From Daphnia carinata (Eukaryota): a stretch of 64,000 nt of DNA. Positions 51,835 through 64,000 of the stretch are shown in pieces. The notes beneath the pieces are model-generated. The model was not told the DNA's origin. It saw only the letters and a program-made list of their open reading frames with translations, and did not search any database. Both the position numbers and the translations under genes were made by a program. The DNA lies in NCBI RefSeq assembly GCF_022539665.2, contig NC_081331.1:1612001-1676000 (forward strand), written 5' to 3'. The first letter of the stretch is position 1. Every line of letters starts with the position of its first letter.

Positions 51835-52742
51835 GGATTATATTGGCAATAACACAGTTCGTAATGTTTAATACTTTGACTATAATTTTAAAACAAGGTA
51901 GGGTCGTCTGCTTTTGGGTCAGTCAAATGAAACAGTTGAGTATCGGGAGTCGCATTTCATGAGATTCTGATTAAAAGTGAAAGCGTTCATCGTATTACAC
52001 ATCGAAATCCGGATTTCCAAACGAATATGTTGGTTGGTTAACCACATGCTTTTATCCGAAGCTATTTACGTTACTGTGATGGCTGGGGAAAAAACTGTCG
52101 AGTCAACATGAAAACAAATCTGAGTCATTTCCTCGTGAGCTTCCAAGCCCGATTTTACGCCACAATTGCCCTGACCGACCAATTGTCCCCCAAGGTATGG
52201 ATTAGATTACAGCCATGATAAGGAGAAAGAGTAAGCAACAAATAAAAAAAAAAATGTATCCGTTGGAGGTCGATGGTGGCCTGTGGCAAAGAATTACGTG
52301 TATAGTTTCTTTATGTTTCTACTGCCAAAGACCAGTGGTGACCAGGAAGTGGCGGAACTTGTGTTACATGGCCATGCTGAGATTTTCCAAAAATATGAAA
52401 CCAAATGTGTGTGTGTCGAACTAGAAATCCCACACTTCCTTGAATGTGTCAGGAAGTTGGTGGGTTACTAGTTAAATTGCGCCCCATTTGCTGGGTCGTG
52501 TCGGTGACTCAATAAAGTTATATTTCCCGTCTTTTTTATGCTTTAAGTTAAAATTGAAAAAAGGCGTGTCCAGGTTCCATCGTACGTATCATCGTTCTTA
52601 CCCCTTAATCATTTGAGTTCAATGACACTGATGTACGTGTTAACTCACCCGTGGATATACGGCTCAAAGAAAGTAGTCAGAAAACCTGAAGCGTGAAAAC
52701 GCTTCTACTGTGTTAGCCCATAAGTTGGGAAGTCAATTTGAA

Positions 52743-52759
52743 TGGCCACTAGATGGCAG
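52743..52759 (+). promoter_or_regulatory. CTCF-type binding motif between divergent NR2C2AP and prominin
   Basis: TGGCCACTAGATGGCAG is a near-perfect CTCF consensus, ~85 bp upstream of the putative prominin Inr. Confidence 0.65.
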
Positions 52760-52841
52760 GAAAGAGCCCCGGTGGCACAGAAAGTCACATTAAAATCTCC
52801 CCTCCTACCAAGCTTGGTCTGCTGGCGAGATAGTGAGCTTC

Positions 52842-53062
52842 AGTCAGTGTTGTGTTGGCGTGATGGCTGATGGGCTGAACTTATTATTCTGCTTACGGCT
52901 GCCTATCGGCTTTCGCTAAAGAAACCGAAGGTTTTCTGAAACTAAAACTAAAGTTCGTCGTGTGTGCGTCGGTGTGTTTGTGGGCGTCCGCCAATCTAAC
53001 CAAAGTTCCATTGCCAACAAAAGATACACTGGAAGTAAACGAAAAATCATTTCAACTGCAAG
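52842..53062 (+). other. PROM: Probable non-coding first exon (5' UTR) of prominin
   Basis: Inr-like TCAGTC at 52840-52845 and a strong donor AAG|GTGAGT at 53062/53063. An acceptor TTTTAG ends at 54139, just upstream of the ATG at 54148. Confidence 0.55.
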
Positions 53063-54147
53063 GTGAGTGAAAAAAGTAAAAGAGAGAGAGAGATGCATCA
53101 ACGTTATTTGGCCGAGAGACATGTTGAGGGTCTCTTGTTGTTTCTTTTGTTCCGGCTGCAGCACTTGCCTCGAGGTTCAGTGTGAGAAAAAGAAGAGGGG
53201 GGTGGTTTTTTCTTCTTGCCTTGTCTGAAATTACAACCGGGGGCTTTTGCCTCCCCCCCCCCTTCCAATTTACCACACAGACCAACTGTTATCTGTATTA
53301 TTTTTTCTTGTGTATTTTAGTTTGAATAAAGATAACTTAAGAAAAGGGAATGGCCGGTTGATGTGAAACGATTTCTTGACCTTGAACCGCAATCGTCTGT
53401 GGTTACGGGCGGAAATTGACTTAAGGATATCGACCTTTTATCCAAAGTATCTTGGCATCAAGATGAATAAATCCGGTCGTCGCTCAAGTGCTCCGTTTCC
53501 CTTCATTTAAAAGTCGAAACTGTCAACCATTTCCTGGACGGCCATAAAAGCTGCAACAACTTGAGCGTATGTCTGCTAACAGACAAATCAAAACTTGAAT
53601 CGATTTTGCTTCGTAAAAAAAAAGGAAATCTTGCAAGTTCAACAAAGTTCATCGTATACAGCAAAACTTGAATAAGAGCCACCATCCTCACATTTTTTTT
53701 TTTTTTTTTTTATGGGAAAGACACACAGTGTAAGATTGCGTGACTGTTGGTCGGGCGGTCGGTAGACGGTCTGGTTATTGATTACATCTCTCTCGCAGCG
53801 GCTGGGATCAATGTTTTTATTTGTAACAAAGAAGGATTTGTCAGTAGGAATCAGTCTGATTGCCATAAGAGAGGAAAGACAGGCAGAGAGAAGCAAAAAC
53901 TAAAAAAAATCTAAAAAAGAAAAGAAAAAAGAGGAAACCCTAATAAGCTAGATGAGTCTTGGAGAAAAAGATGCGAGAGGCGGTCCGGGATTGATTGGAT
54001 TTCCTGCGATGTCAACTCGGACACTGCACGTCTAGCGGGAGGGAATGTGATGAAATCCGATCGATCAAAACACGCCTCCCTTTACTTTCTCTTCTCTGCT
54101 TTTACACAATTTTGTTGGTTTGTTTTCTATTGATTTTAGAAATACTG

Positions 54148-57100
54148 ATGAAGAAGATGCCACGGCCGCTGTTGGTTAGTTTGCTAGTGCTCTGTTTAAT
54201 GAGCGGCGGCTCTGTCATCGGCCAGACGGACCCGTCGAGCCGGACGGATGCGGCGGCGGCTGATGGTTCATGGTGGCGAACAACGCCGTTCGCCTCGTTG
54301 CCCGGGATGACTACGCAGCAGGTGCTACGCAAGATCCTTCCCCCCGAACTCATCCCGTACACGCCCGTCTCTAGTCCAGAAGAGACGGCTGGATACGTCA
54401 GAGATTACGTCTCCACTTTCAAGATGCAAAGTCGGGGCATGGAGCATCTTCACACTTACACCAACATGTTTATGGCCTTTGTCATGCCAAAGCATCTAGT
54501 CCCTCCCGGTAATTTCCCTTAAGATTCCCTCCGGGAACTTTTCTTCTTCTAACTTTAATAACTTTACTTTATTGAAGTTGAATGCTAAGCAAACATCTGT
54601 CGTGTTTGGAATGGCGTCTATTATTATTCCCTTTTTTTGGAATTTTTTTTTTTTTAACGTATGAAACCATCTGGGACGTCGTCGTCGTGGGGTTGCTTGT
54701 CCGCGTGGGGTACGGCTGTTCTACTATTAGTTACTGAAATGCTGAGCTTAGAAATCATGACGCAGATTGTTTATGTGTAATTTGATGTATATCGTTACAC
54801 CTGGGCTGTTTGAAAGCTTTCGTTACGCTGGAACGTTATTAACAAAAAAGTCAATTCGTTCGACGCCATGATGACGAAAAGGAAATCGGCGTCGTTGGTT
54901 TTGGGTTAAAGAAAATGGGAATTGGGTTAATGGTTTGTAGTGAGACAGCGTATCGTTGTCCATTCTTATCACGGTGGTTGTGGAACGACGTTGCTCTCAT
55001 TTATCTTGACGTTGACGATTGTGGCACTCGGACCATTCAATCCGCACAGGTTCTATCGCCGTAGCGGGGCGGGAAAGTTAATGCGATTTAACGGGAATTC
55101 TTTCTATGTTTGGGTTTTGTAAATCCCGTTTGGACGACCCCTTGACCTTCTTTCGTTTTGTTTGATTTCACCATGCCGAAGTGGCTGCTACCGGTAACTT
55201 GCACCTTTATTGGAGATAAGATAAGAAATGTTGCGTTATCAACATCCGGTAGTGACGTTACGGGCAAGATCAAGGACATTTTAATGATTCTCTTTTCTTT
55301 TTCGTTCACGCACCAATCATCATTCCGTTTATTTAACCTTCATCGTGGTAGCCTACGGGCGGGTTGTTGAACTCCTCTCGTGGGCTCTCTTCTGAGCGTG
55401 AGTCGTCGTCATGGTGATGAATGCACCTGTGTGCAAAGCTGCTAAAGAAATGGGCGAATCAATACTTTTGTTTCGTCATGCATACGATTTAAGTAAAATA
55501 GCGAAAAAAAAAGAGCCCTGGGAGAAACTCTGTGTAGCGTGAATACGGACGAAAATGGTCGGCTTCGTGACGTGATTTTTAACGATTTGGAAAAAAATGA
55601 CTAATGTTGTGGATTGTCAACACGGCGGAATATTTAAAAGTGAAAACTTTTCCCCCTTTTTTTCCCCCAATTGATGAACCAGATTGACACGAACGACTGT
55701 CGCGTGATCAGGAAGTTTTTTGTCATAGACTTCGAAAGTCATTGATACCATTTTTATTTAACGCCCTTGAACATTTCTTTGTCCTTTTTCGCCATTCATC
55801 TGTTTTTTTTCCCCCGACTACTTTGATACTTCTTGCTTTGAATGGAAATCGAGAAATTGGCCTTGACGTATTTGTTATCTGGCAGGGATCTGCACACTTT
55901 CATTCAGCGTGATATGTCCGCAATCACGCTCAACACAAGAAACTGAATGAATGCTCCTTTTTTTTTCTCCTTCCACTGTTAAGGTATCCAACTGAGCACG
56001 GAACCAGAAGTGATGCTGGATCAAGTGCAAACCAAATGGCAAGTCATTGTAAAACATTACGCGGGAGTCATCGCCGTAGCCGCAGTTGGACTTTTGCTGG
56101 CCGCCATCATCCCCATCGCCGGTGTCTTCATCTGCTGCTGCCGTTGTGCTGGTACGTTATTATATCTCTTTCAGTCGATCTTGCTGTAGAGCTACCGACC
56201 TAACTACTACGACTACTACACCTCGTGAGATACTAGAGAGAAGCTATCGATCCATTCCGGAACCAATTTCACGGAAAGATGGAAACTTGCGCAGTCGATG
56301 TTCCTTTTCAAAATTAAGTTGATCGCCGTGATAGGTTTCCTTATCTTCAATGGCGTGCAACGAAGAACGATCGTTTTCGATCGATAAAGACAAATGTTGC
56401 CCGCAATTTTTGTGAATAAAAATAGCATGGCATACAAGAGACGTGGTAAGAGAAGTAGTAGAAGGAAAAGAGGTCGTTATCAGCCACTAACGATCAGATC
56501 AAGTGTGCTCTCCTTTACGCGCGTATGTCGTTGCCGGAATGCTGATCCGGCCACACATACACACTCCAAGTGCATCCCCGGAGACTTGACATCCATCTTC
56601 CTCCTCCGGAGTCTCCCTTAGGCTTATGGGGTTTAATCCAATGGCTGACGAAGCTGCTGTGTATAGTAACAGTATTGTACACACAAGACTGGAGCTGGCC
56701 TTACTACCTACTACTTTGTATGAGACTTTAACAAGCATTGATCCCCCGCCCACCGCACAGTGCTTCTGAATAGAAGAAAATCCTCCTGAGATTATGGTGT
56801 TGGACTCGTGTACTATATTTGTGTTTTTGTTTGCAAATAATAGGTCGTTGCGGTGCTAAAGAAGAGCCTTTCGAGAAACGAGGTGACAAGTGCCAACGAG
56901 TCATTTTGGGACTGCTCCTTGGTGTTTTACTTCTACTTGTCGCGTAAGTTTGTTCCTTGCCAGTCTGATGGACGTGTTTAATAGGAACACGGCAAGTTTT
57001 GTATGCGTGTGTTGAGTACAAGACTACAGCGATCGATGACATTTATTTGTATATATTTTTTTCTATTTGTTGTTTTTTTTGTTGTTGGGTGCCGACACAG

Positions 57101-60100
57101 TTTCGGCGTTATCTGCGCCTTCGTTTCCAATGCCAACACACAGGACGGCGTTAACGCCCTGCCGACTGCCCTTCGTCACACGACTGAAGATACAGCCACT
57201 TACTTTAATCACACTCGAAAAGTACAGTTTCTTATCATCATCTCGAATTAATTTGGCATGTCTACAACTTCTACTTTTTTCGTCTTCCTTTTTTTTTTCT
57301 TTTACATTTGTTATAGGAATACGTGACATTGTTGACGACCAACTATCGCGAATTGGAAGCCGCCATTGCTAAAGCACTCGACGGTAAGATATATACAGTA
57401 AAAGGGTAAAATAAATAAATAAAAAAAGAAGGGAAAAGCTCCAACAGATCATTTCACGCACGCGATGACATGGATTTATCTCAGTGTTATTGTTGTACGT
57501 GTACAAGTGCGGAGTTGTGTGTAAATGCGCTTGCCGCTTTTTCTTCTTCTTTATGAGACAAACTTGTCGTTTTATTTGATCGTCAAGTTCGTTTATTTTC
57601 CTTTCGCTTGATCTATTGGTTCAGAGCAGCAGCATAAACCAAAGCAAACACACATATCGCCATGGATTTTCGGCCTGTATACTTATATGTCCCCTTTATC
57701 TCTTGTTTCACGTAACAGACAGTGGACGACTGGTGACTAACGAACTGAAACACGTGTCACGAGCCATCGCAGTCGACAACTTGACGGCCATCGTCTCCAA
57801 TTTGGCCGAGATCCGACAGAATCTGGCATACATTGAACAAGATACAGGCGTACTCCAAGACAGAGCTAATCAACTTCAGGTATCGACTCGATCCGCGTTC
57901 TTTTATTATGTGTGTATGTGACAAAGAAAAAGAAACCAGCACAATTGCCATGTATCTAATCTAATTGTCTGTGTGTGCGTGTGTGTACTTTATTTGTAGG
58001 ACGGTTTGTTGGAGGTGAAAAGACAATTGAAGCAGCTATTGGATCGATGCGCTAACCAGCCCATTTGTGCTAATTTCCGGCAACAGTACGATCTCGATTC
58101 CCTCTCCGTCGATCTTCAATTCCAAGAGGTATGTACGTTTTTTCTATCTTCTTTTTTTTTTTTTTAACATTAACTTTAATGCCGATCCTTTAACTAACAC
58201 GGCGATTAGTAATGTTTATTGTACCACATCTAACGTCTCAATAATAATGATGAATCGTTTTCTTAACTTTCTACGTCGTCGTGACTCGAAAATTAAAAAG
58301 TTTGTCGAGAGTTATTTGCCCAAGGTAAGACACCGTTGTTTTGGTTGGCAGTCGGCACGTCTTTATTTTTCTTAATACCACCGACACTCACGAAACTTTG
58401 TGTGTGTGTGCGCGCGCTAGTGTTCCTGGCTCACTCTTCCGGCATGTTAGTTTTTTTTTTTCCTGCTCACCCTATTTTCCTTTTTTTTTTTTTTTATTGT
58501 GTTTCATGACTTTAAACTGCAGTGCATTTCTTTAAATGTAGAAAAGAAAAAAAAATGGCAAAGAAGCATTTTATTTTATTTTTATCAAATGTTTGATAGT
58601 TGCCGGATGTGCAGAGAATCGCGCGCAACATTTCCAACTTGATCGCTACTGGGGTGGAGAGTGAAGTCAAGCGGGGTCGCTCCGCCCTAGAGAGGGTCTC
58701 AAACGATGTCCAAAGGGCCGTCGGAAGTACACTACCGACCTTCAAGCAACACTTGAGATCAGCCGGTAATTTTTCGTTATCACGAAAATCTGAACATCAT
58801 TTTCTACGAGCGAACAAAAAAAAAAAAAAAATGGAGAAAGTTTTCTCTTTTTTTCTTTTTGAAATATTTTTATAAAGAACATGTTGATAGTGGCTTGTAA
58901 TCATTAGACCGTGAAGACGCAAGTGCTGTGCACAGGCGATAATGACGACCACATCTTTTTTTTATACCGCAAAACTAACGATGCGTATCATGCTCCATAT
59001 CTGCACTTGCAGGACAAAGTTTGGAGCGCAATTCCGAGGACATTTCCATCCTAATGGGTCGTGGTGTCGAGATGGCCCGCAGCGAGTCCGTCCAGGACTC
59101 TATCAACACCCTACAGGGTTACATCGACCACTATGGTCAATATCGGTATGGTAAAAAGAAATGTATAGGGCCATAGGCTAGACACATTGTGTGTCTGCAT
59201 GTTTAACCATAAAAAACAAACACTGTGTGTATTAAAAACGAACTTTTACAGTTTGTGTGTGTATGTAACTCTTTTTGGTTTCTCCTTTTTTTTTGTATTG
59301 ATTTATTTCTTACAGGTTCTACATTGATATTGGTATGGCCAGTCTAGTGCTTCTGATCACGCTCTGCTTCGCTTTTGGATTGCTGTGCGGCTGCTGCGGC
59401 AAACGGCCTGCCGACCGCTACGACGACGATTTCGGGACTCGAGCCACTGGCGCGTCCTGCCTCATGGCGTAAGAAAACCTTTTATGACACGCATGTCCTT
59501 TACCGAAATCATTTGTCTTTACAAGAAGAAGGAAGACATCGATTTAACAACTTGCTCTTTTTTGTTTATTCAACAGGGGTGTCGGACTGGTGTTTATGAC
59601 TTCGCTGGTGCTACTGGTGTTGGCCGTCGTTCACTTCCTGGTTGGCGTTTTCGGCCAAAATCTCTCGTGCGAGGTACTGACCCGTCTAGGGACGGGAGAA
59701 GAGCCCCAACAGCGCGAGCTCTATGATTTTATCGACCGCAACTTGCCTCTGACGGCTCTCAACCCGCACGGCGTCGTCAAGGACGACCTGGTCACCGTCT
59801 CTAATATTGTCAAGTATGTGTAACCACCACAACGATTGCATGCCGGTTTTTACGCACTTTCGCCATTCGTCGGGAAGTTCTTCGAATGATTAACCTAAAT
59901 CAACCCTTATTTTTTGTTTTTCCTCATTAGGGAATGCCATCAGAACAGGACCCTATACCAAATGTTAAAGCTGGAGCGAGTCCTGAATGTTTCTACGCTC
60001 GGTGATCACGCCCGTCGCTTGAACATAGAATCTGAAGTCCGTCGCCTGACGAGTAATATTCGTTTTACCGGCGTCAATCTGTTGACCAGCGAAGCCAAGC

Positions 60101-62974
60101 AGCAACTACGAGATTTCGCTGCATCCGACCTAATGCGCGTCAACTTTACGGCCTACTCTATTCTGGTATGATTGTTGTTTGAAAAAAAATGACATTGAAT
60201 GATGGGACGGTGAATGAATCTTAATGTCGCCTGCGGTTTACAGCTGGAACAGAATATAACATCGGTCAACCTCCAGGAAATGGCAGCCATTCTGAATAGC
60301 ACTGCCGTTCAAGTGCAGCAATTCGAACCGAATGTAAGTCACAGTCAAGTAAAAAAAACCGTTCCCCAAAGCGACGACACGTAACTTATTACTTTATTAG
60401 GCCGCCAATACGCTATGGGACAATGCCATCTTCTTGTCGCGGCTACAAAAGTCTGAATTGATTCCAATGAAAGAAGCGGCCCAGCGACTGCGCAAGGCCG
60501 CCGCCAATTTGGAGGAACGCGTCCGTTTCAATCAATCTAGCCTGTCGGATGCCATTGAAATGCTAATTGGCCAGGCTGAATCCGCTCAACTTTTCCTGGA
60601 AAATAAGGGACCCGAGCAATTGTCCAAGGTAATAAAAAGAAAAAAAAAAATGATAAAAAAGAATCTTGTGAGTGTGTGTGTGAACGGCAGAGTTCATGGA
60701 TCCGAGATAAATTGATGTATCGATCCGGTGCATCCTTTTTCATTTTTGAAATTTTTTTGTTGGTAACTCGAGAAATATTGATTGATTTATTTTTCACAGT
60801 TGGCTGTTGAATTTGCCAAGGAGTGTGAGCGGCTCATCGACAAGTATGTCCAACGCGTTACCGACCACGTCCTCTTTAAAGTCGGTAAATGCTGGCCCCT
60901 CTCTCAAGCCTATAATACGACATCAGCCGTGGTCTGCCAACATATCTTCTGGCCTTTTGTAAGTTCACTGCTTTACCCGCCTCTTTTAAGATTTTAACTT
61001 TGCTTTTTTTTTTTTTTTTTTTTTTACTTTAAAACAAAAAGTGAGTGCTTTGTTCATTCTTTTGCTTTCTTATAATCCTATTGATTTTTTTTTCCACTTA
61101 CTGATTTGGTTTCAAAAATCGGTAGTGTGCTTTTATTCCGCTCTCTTTCGAGAGTGATGAATGGGATGGGGAATAGACGGCCCCTCTTGAAAACTGCTGG
61201 ACTTGTATTTTATTGTGTTTTTTCTTTACATTTTTTTTTTTCTCTATTGTTTTTTATTATTATTATTCCAAAAGCAAAGTTGTGTTTGTGTTTGTTTTTT
61301 TCTAGTCTAGTGAATCATTGCTGATCGATTGTTGTTTGACTTTTAGAATGGATTCTGGGCCAGCGTTGGATGGTGCACCCTTTTGTTTCTACCATGCGTC
61401 GTTTTGGCTATGGTGCTGGCCTCTCTCTACCGGAAGACGGATCCCTATCCGGGCTCGATCGTCGAGAGGTAAGAGCGTGTTAATGGGAAAAAAATGCTTC
61501 TATGGTAAAGGCCTCTCACTCTCTCCGTCCTCCTCCCTCCCCCCAAAAAAAGAAGAAAGGAGATTCTTCCTCTTCTTTTATGATTTTACGATTATTTAAG
61601 ACCATTTCCTGCTGGATATCTTTTATTGGACGATGCATATCAAAGATAAAAGAAACATCCCTGTTGAAGAAAATACTTTCGTCATTCGGTTGAATTGGTG
61701 CCAAAGAACTGCTCTATATATTGTAGCACGAAATTTTTTATCTCTCTCTCTCTCTCTCTCTCTCTTTTTTATTATTGGATTTTCTTTCGTCGGGTATATT
61801 CTCGTTAGTAGTTTTCTTTGGGATTCATTCGTTCTTCGCCCCTATTTTAAAAATATGGTGATGGCAAGCAATAATTTCGATTATTTTATTATCTTCTTTT
61901 CAATGGTGGTGGTCTGGCTATTTTGCTTGTCTCTCTTTTGAAGTGAAAAAAGAAACATTGAACGATGGTTTCTTTTTTTTTTTTTTTTTTTTTTTATAAA
62001 TCTTTTCTGGTTTTTTTTTTTTTTTTTTCTCGCTACGTTTTTTTTATATATATACATATACCATTCCGGAAATCAACCAAAAACACTTTTCCTTCCTTCA
62101 GAGAGTACTTGTATGATGCTTATGCCGACCGGGACAACATTCCATTGGCCTTAAACAAGTAAGACTTGATGGCTGTCTTCTTCTCTTTTGTTTTATTTCT
62201 CTTCTTTGTTTTGATTAAATTAACTTTACTGCATGTTGAAGGCTGAATAGTAGAACATTTCTGCACGTACTGTGTAAGTGTGTGTATGTCTGAATATATG
62301 TCTTTCTTTCCTTCTTGTTTCTTTTCCCTCCTATCAGATAAAAGTCTCGTCTCTCCTCTTTTTTTTTTTATGTTCCCCCTTCTCAATCTAATTCCAAACA
62401 CTCTATTTAATAATACGGATTCAGTTTAAATTTTTATTTCAAAAAATTCCATTTCATTTAACAGTCGCGATCGTAGGGGAATGCCGTCGTCGGGTAACAA
62501 CCGGTCGGGCCACGCTTACGGCCACGTCTACGGAGGAGCGTACGAAGATGATTACAGCATCTCGCAGCATCAGGCACGAACGGGTAGTAGCAATCGAAGT
62601 GGCTTGATTGCTACTTCAGTTTCGACGAGCGGAGGAGTGGCGGCCGGTGCTTCGACGGCCGTTGTGGCTCCGTCGGAGCGGAATGGAAAAGCACCGGGAC
62701 GATTCCAAGATCCAGCTCCAAGAGCTTGGGGTGATGGAAGTGGCCCACGTTATGTAGCTTCTCCGACGCATGCAGCTGCAGCTGCTGCAACATCACCGTC
62801 CGCAGGAACTCCGAGTGTAGGCGGTACACCGTCCGCTCCATCCGCCGACTACGAGAGACCTCCACCATATTACTATCCAGGACCTGCGTAAGTATTGTCA
62901 AGAACTGCTGTTACTCGCCTTCCGAGTTGATGGATTCTGAATGATTCTCGTCTTTTGATTTCAGCGATAAGTGA
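54148..62974 (+). CDS. PROM: Prominin (prominin-like, CD133 family) pentaspan membrane glycoprotein, ~1039 aa (1047 with the microexon)
   Basis: In-frame exons 54148-54508, 55984-56151, 56844-56943, 57101-57221, 57317-57383, 57719-57879, 58000-58128, (58301-58324), 58600-58765, 59013-59145, 59316-59468, 59577-59813, 59931-60165, 60244-60333, 60401-60628, 60800-60958, 61347-61468, 62102-62158, 62465-62887 and 62965-62974. Signal peptide and five TM segments. Cys-rich PIAGVFICCCRCAGRCG after TM1, FGVICAFVSN, VGKCWPLSQAY and PFNGFWASVGWC. Without the last splice the ORF stops at 62891. Confidence 0.93.
58301..58324 (+). CDS. PROM: Candidate 24-nt prominin microexon encoding FVESYLPK
   Basis: AAG acceptor at 58298-58300 and a strong AAG|GTAAGA donor. 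It is phase 0-0 and stop-free between flanking exons ending QFQE and starting LPDV. Confidence 0.65.
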
Positions 62975-64000
62975 AGCTCTGATGATCTCGTCCTCGATTC
63001 CATCAACGTCCCGAATGACGTCTCCGTTTCTCCACTTCCATTTCGAGTTGTTGTGTTTTTCTTTTTTTTGCTTCGTCGCCGGATTGATGACAAAGGAGAA
63101 ACGGAAGTACTGATTGTTTTCTTCTTGGTTTTTTTTTTATTATTTTGGCGTTCGTTGTGGCGCTGCATCCAGTGCGCGCGCACCGGGTGTCTAAGTATGT
63201 GTGTATACAATCCTCGGAGGAACGATCGCGTGTGTGAGTGAGTGTAAGAAAGAACGTGTTGTACATTATTCATGAGTTTTAGAGTTTCATCTCTCATCTC
63301 ATCTCTTCGACAAAAAAAAAGTCGCAACTTACACATGGATGCACTCCTCACCCTCAAAACTTCCTCCCCCCATCCCTCGTTTTATGTGATTTTGCTTGGC
63401 AATTTGTCTCTTTAAACGTGTGATGACATGTGCATTTGCTCCTACTTTATATATAACAGGATATAAAGGCGTGTTTGAGCATTCGAAACACGTATTTCTC
63501 TCCCTTCTCCCTTTTTTCTGGTTAAACTTTTTTTTTTTCGGTTTTCAGCCATTGTTTCCACTTCTTTCTTCATCGTGAGACCAAAGCCAAGACTTTCCTC
63601 TAGTTCTTTCGCTCTCTCGTGGTTCGGTACTTTGATGGACACTGAGGAGTCTTCGTTGTTGTTGTTGTTGATGAAATCTCCACCTCCTTTATATATATAT
63701 GATTCAATCAATACTTTTTCTCCTTTCAAACAAAACAAAGAAAGAAAAGAACAGGAGTTAAATCATCTTTTTTATGCTCGAAGTAAGCGAATCGCATGTT
63801 TTATTTTATTTTTTTCTCCCCTCACAAAATAAATTTTGAAAAAGCCATTCATTATTGAGGGGAAAGAAGACTAAATTTTTGATCGTTTGTTACATACATG
63901 TCCTGTTCCATTTTCTTCGTCTATGCCGTCATTCACTTACATTTTGTATTATGTATAACAACAAACAACTGCTGGCACTCTTTGGAGAATTTTCCATCTC

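Noticed and set aside
53995..54147. ORF-track N-terminal extension of prominin
   Set aside because: It starts at TTG and crosses a pyrimidine tract and acceptor (54139); the signal peptide begins at ATG 54148/54157.
55886..55950. Possible extra prominin exon after the GGCAG acceptor at 55885
   Set aside because: It hits TGA in the required phase; the acceptor at 55983 gives a clean frame.
1..64000. tRNA, rRNA, conserved arthropod miRNAs, CRISPR arrays, and stop-codon readthrough contexts (TGA-CTA)
   Set aside because: None recognised by eye. An Infernal/Rfam and tRNAscan-SE run would be needed to exclude small RNAs formally.

Overview
Eukaryotic, intron-rich, AT-rich and microsatellite-rich DNA. 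The many ~60-95 nt introns and the gene content suggest a compact arthropod genome such as Daphnia (inference, not verified). I reconstructed six spliced genes by hand from GT-AG junctions and frame continuity. (1) unc-4/UNCX paired-like homeobox gene (-, 4485-6910), followed by a ~35 kb stretch with no supportable coding gene. (2) A secreted coiled-coil protein resembling the N-terminal half of Scabrous but with no fibrinogen domain (-, 43088-44952). (3) Peptide:N-glycanase NGLY1 without a PUB domain (-, 46171-48098). (4) An alpha-arrestin (+, 48399-50666). (5) NR2C2AP/TRA16 (-, 51291-51834). (6) A prominin (+, 54148-62974). The most notable observations are tandem ESCRT 'late-domain'-type motifs (PSAP + PPPY) in the prominin tail, beside an alpha-arrestin whose own versions are degenerate but which carries YPxL; a 24-nt candidate microexon and alternative tail splicing in prominin; the fibrinogen-less Scabrous-like gene with a possible membrane-anchored intron-retention isoform; and CTCF-type motifs in both divergent promoters. 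I found no tRNA, rRNA, CRISPR array or intact transposon.
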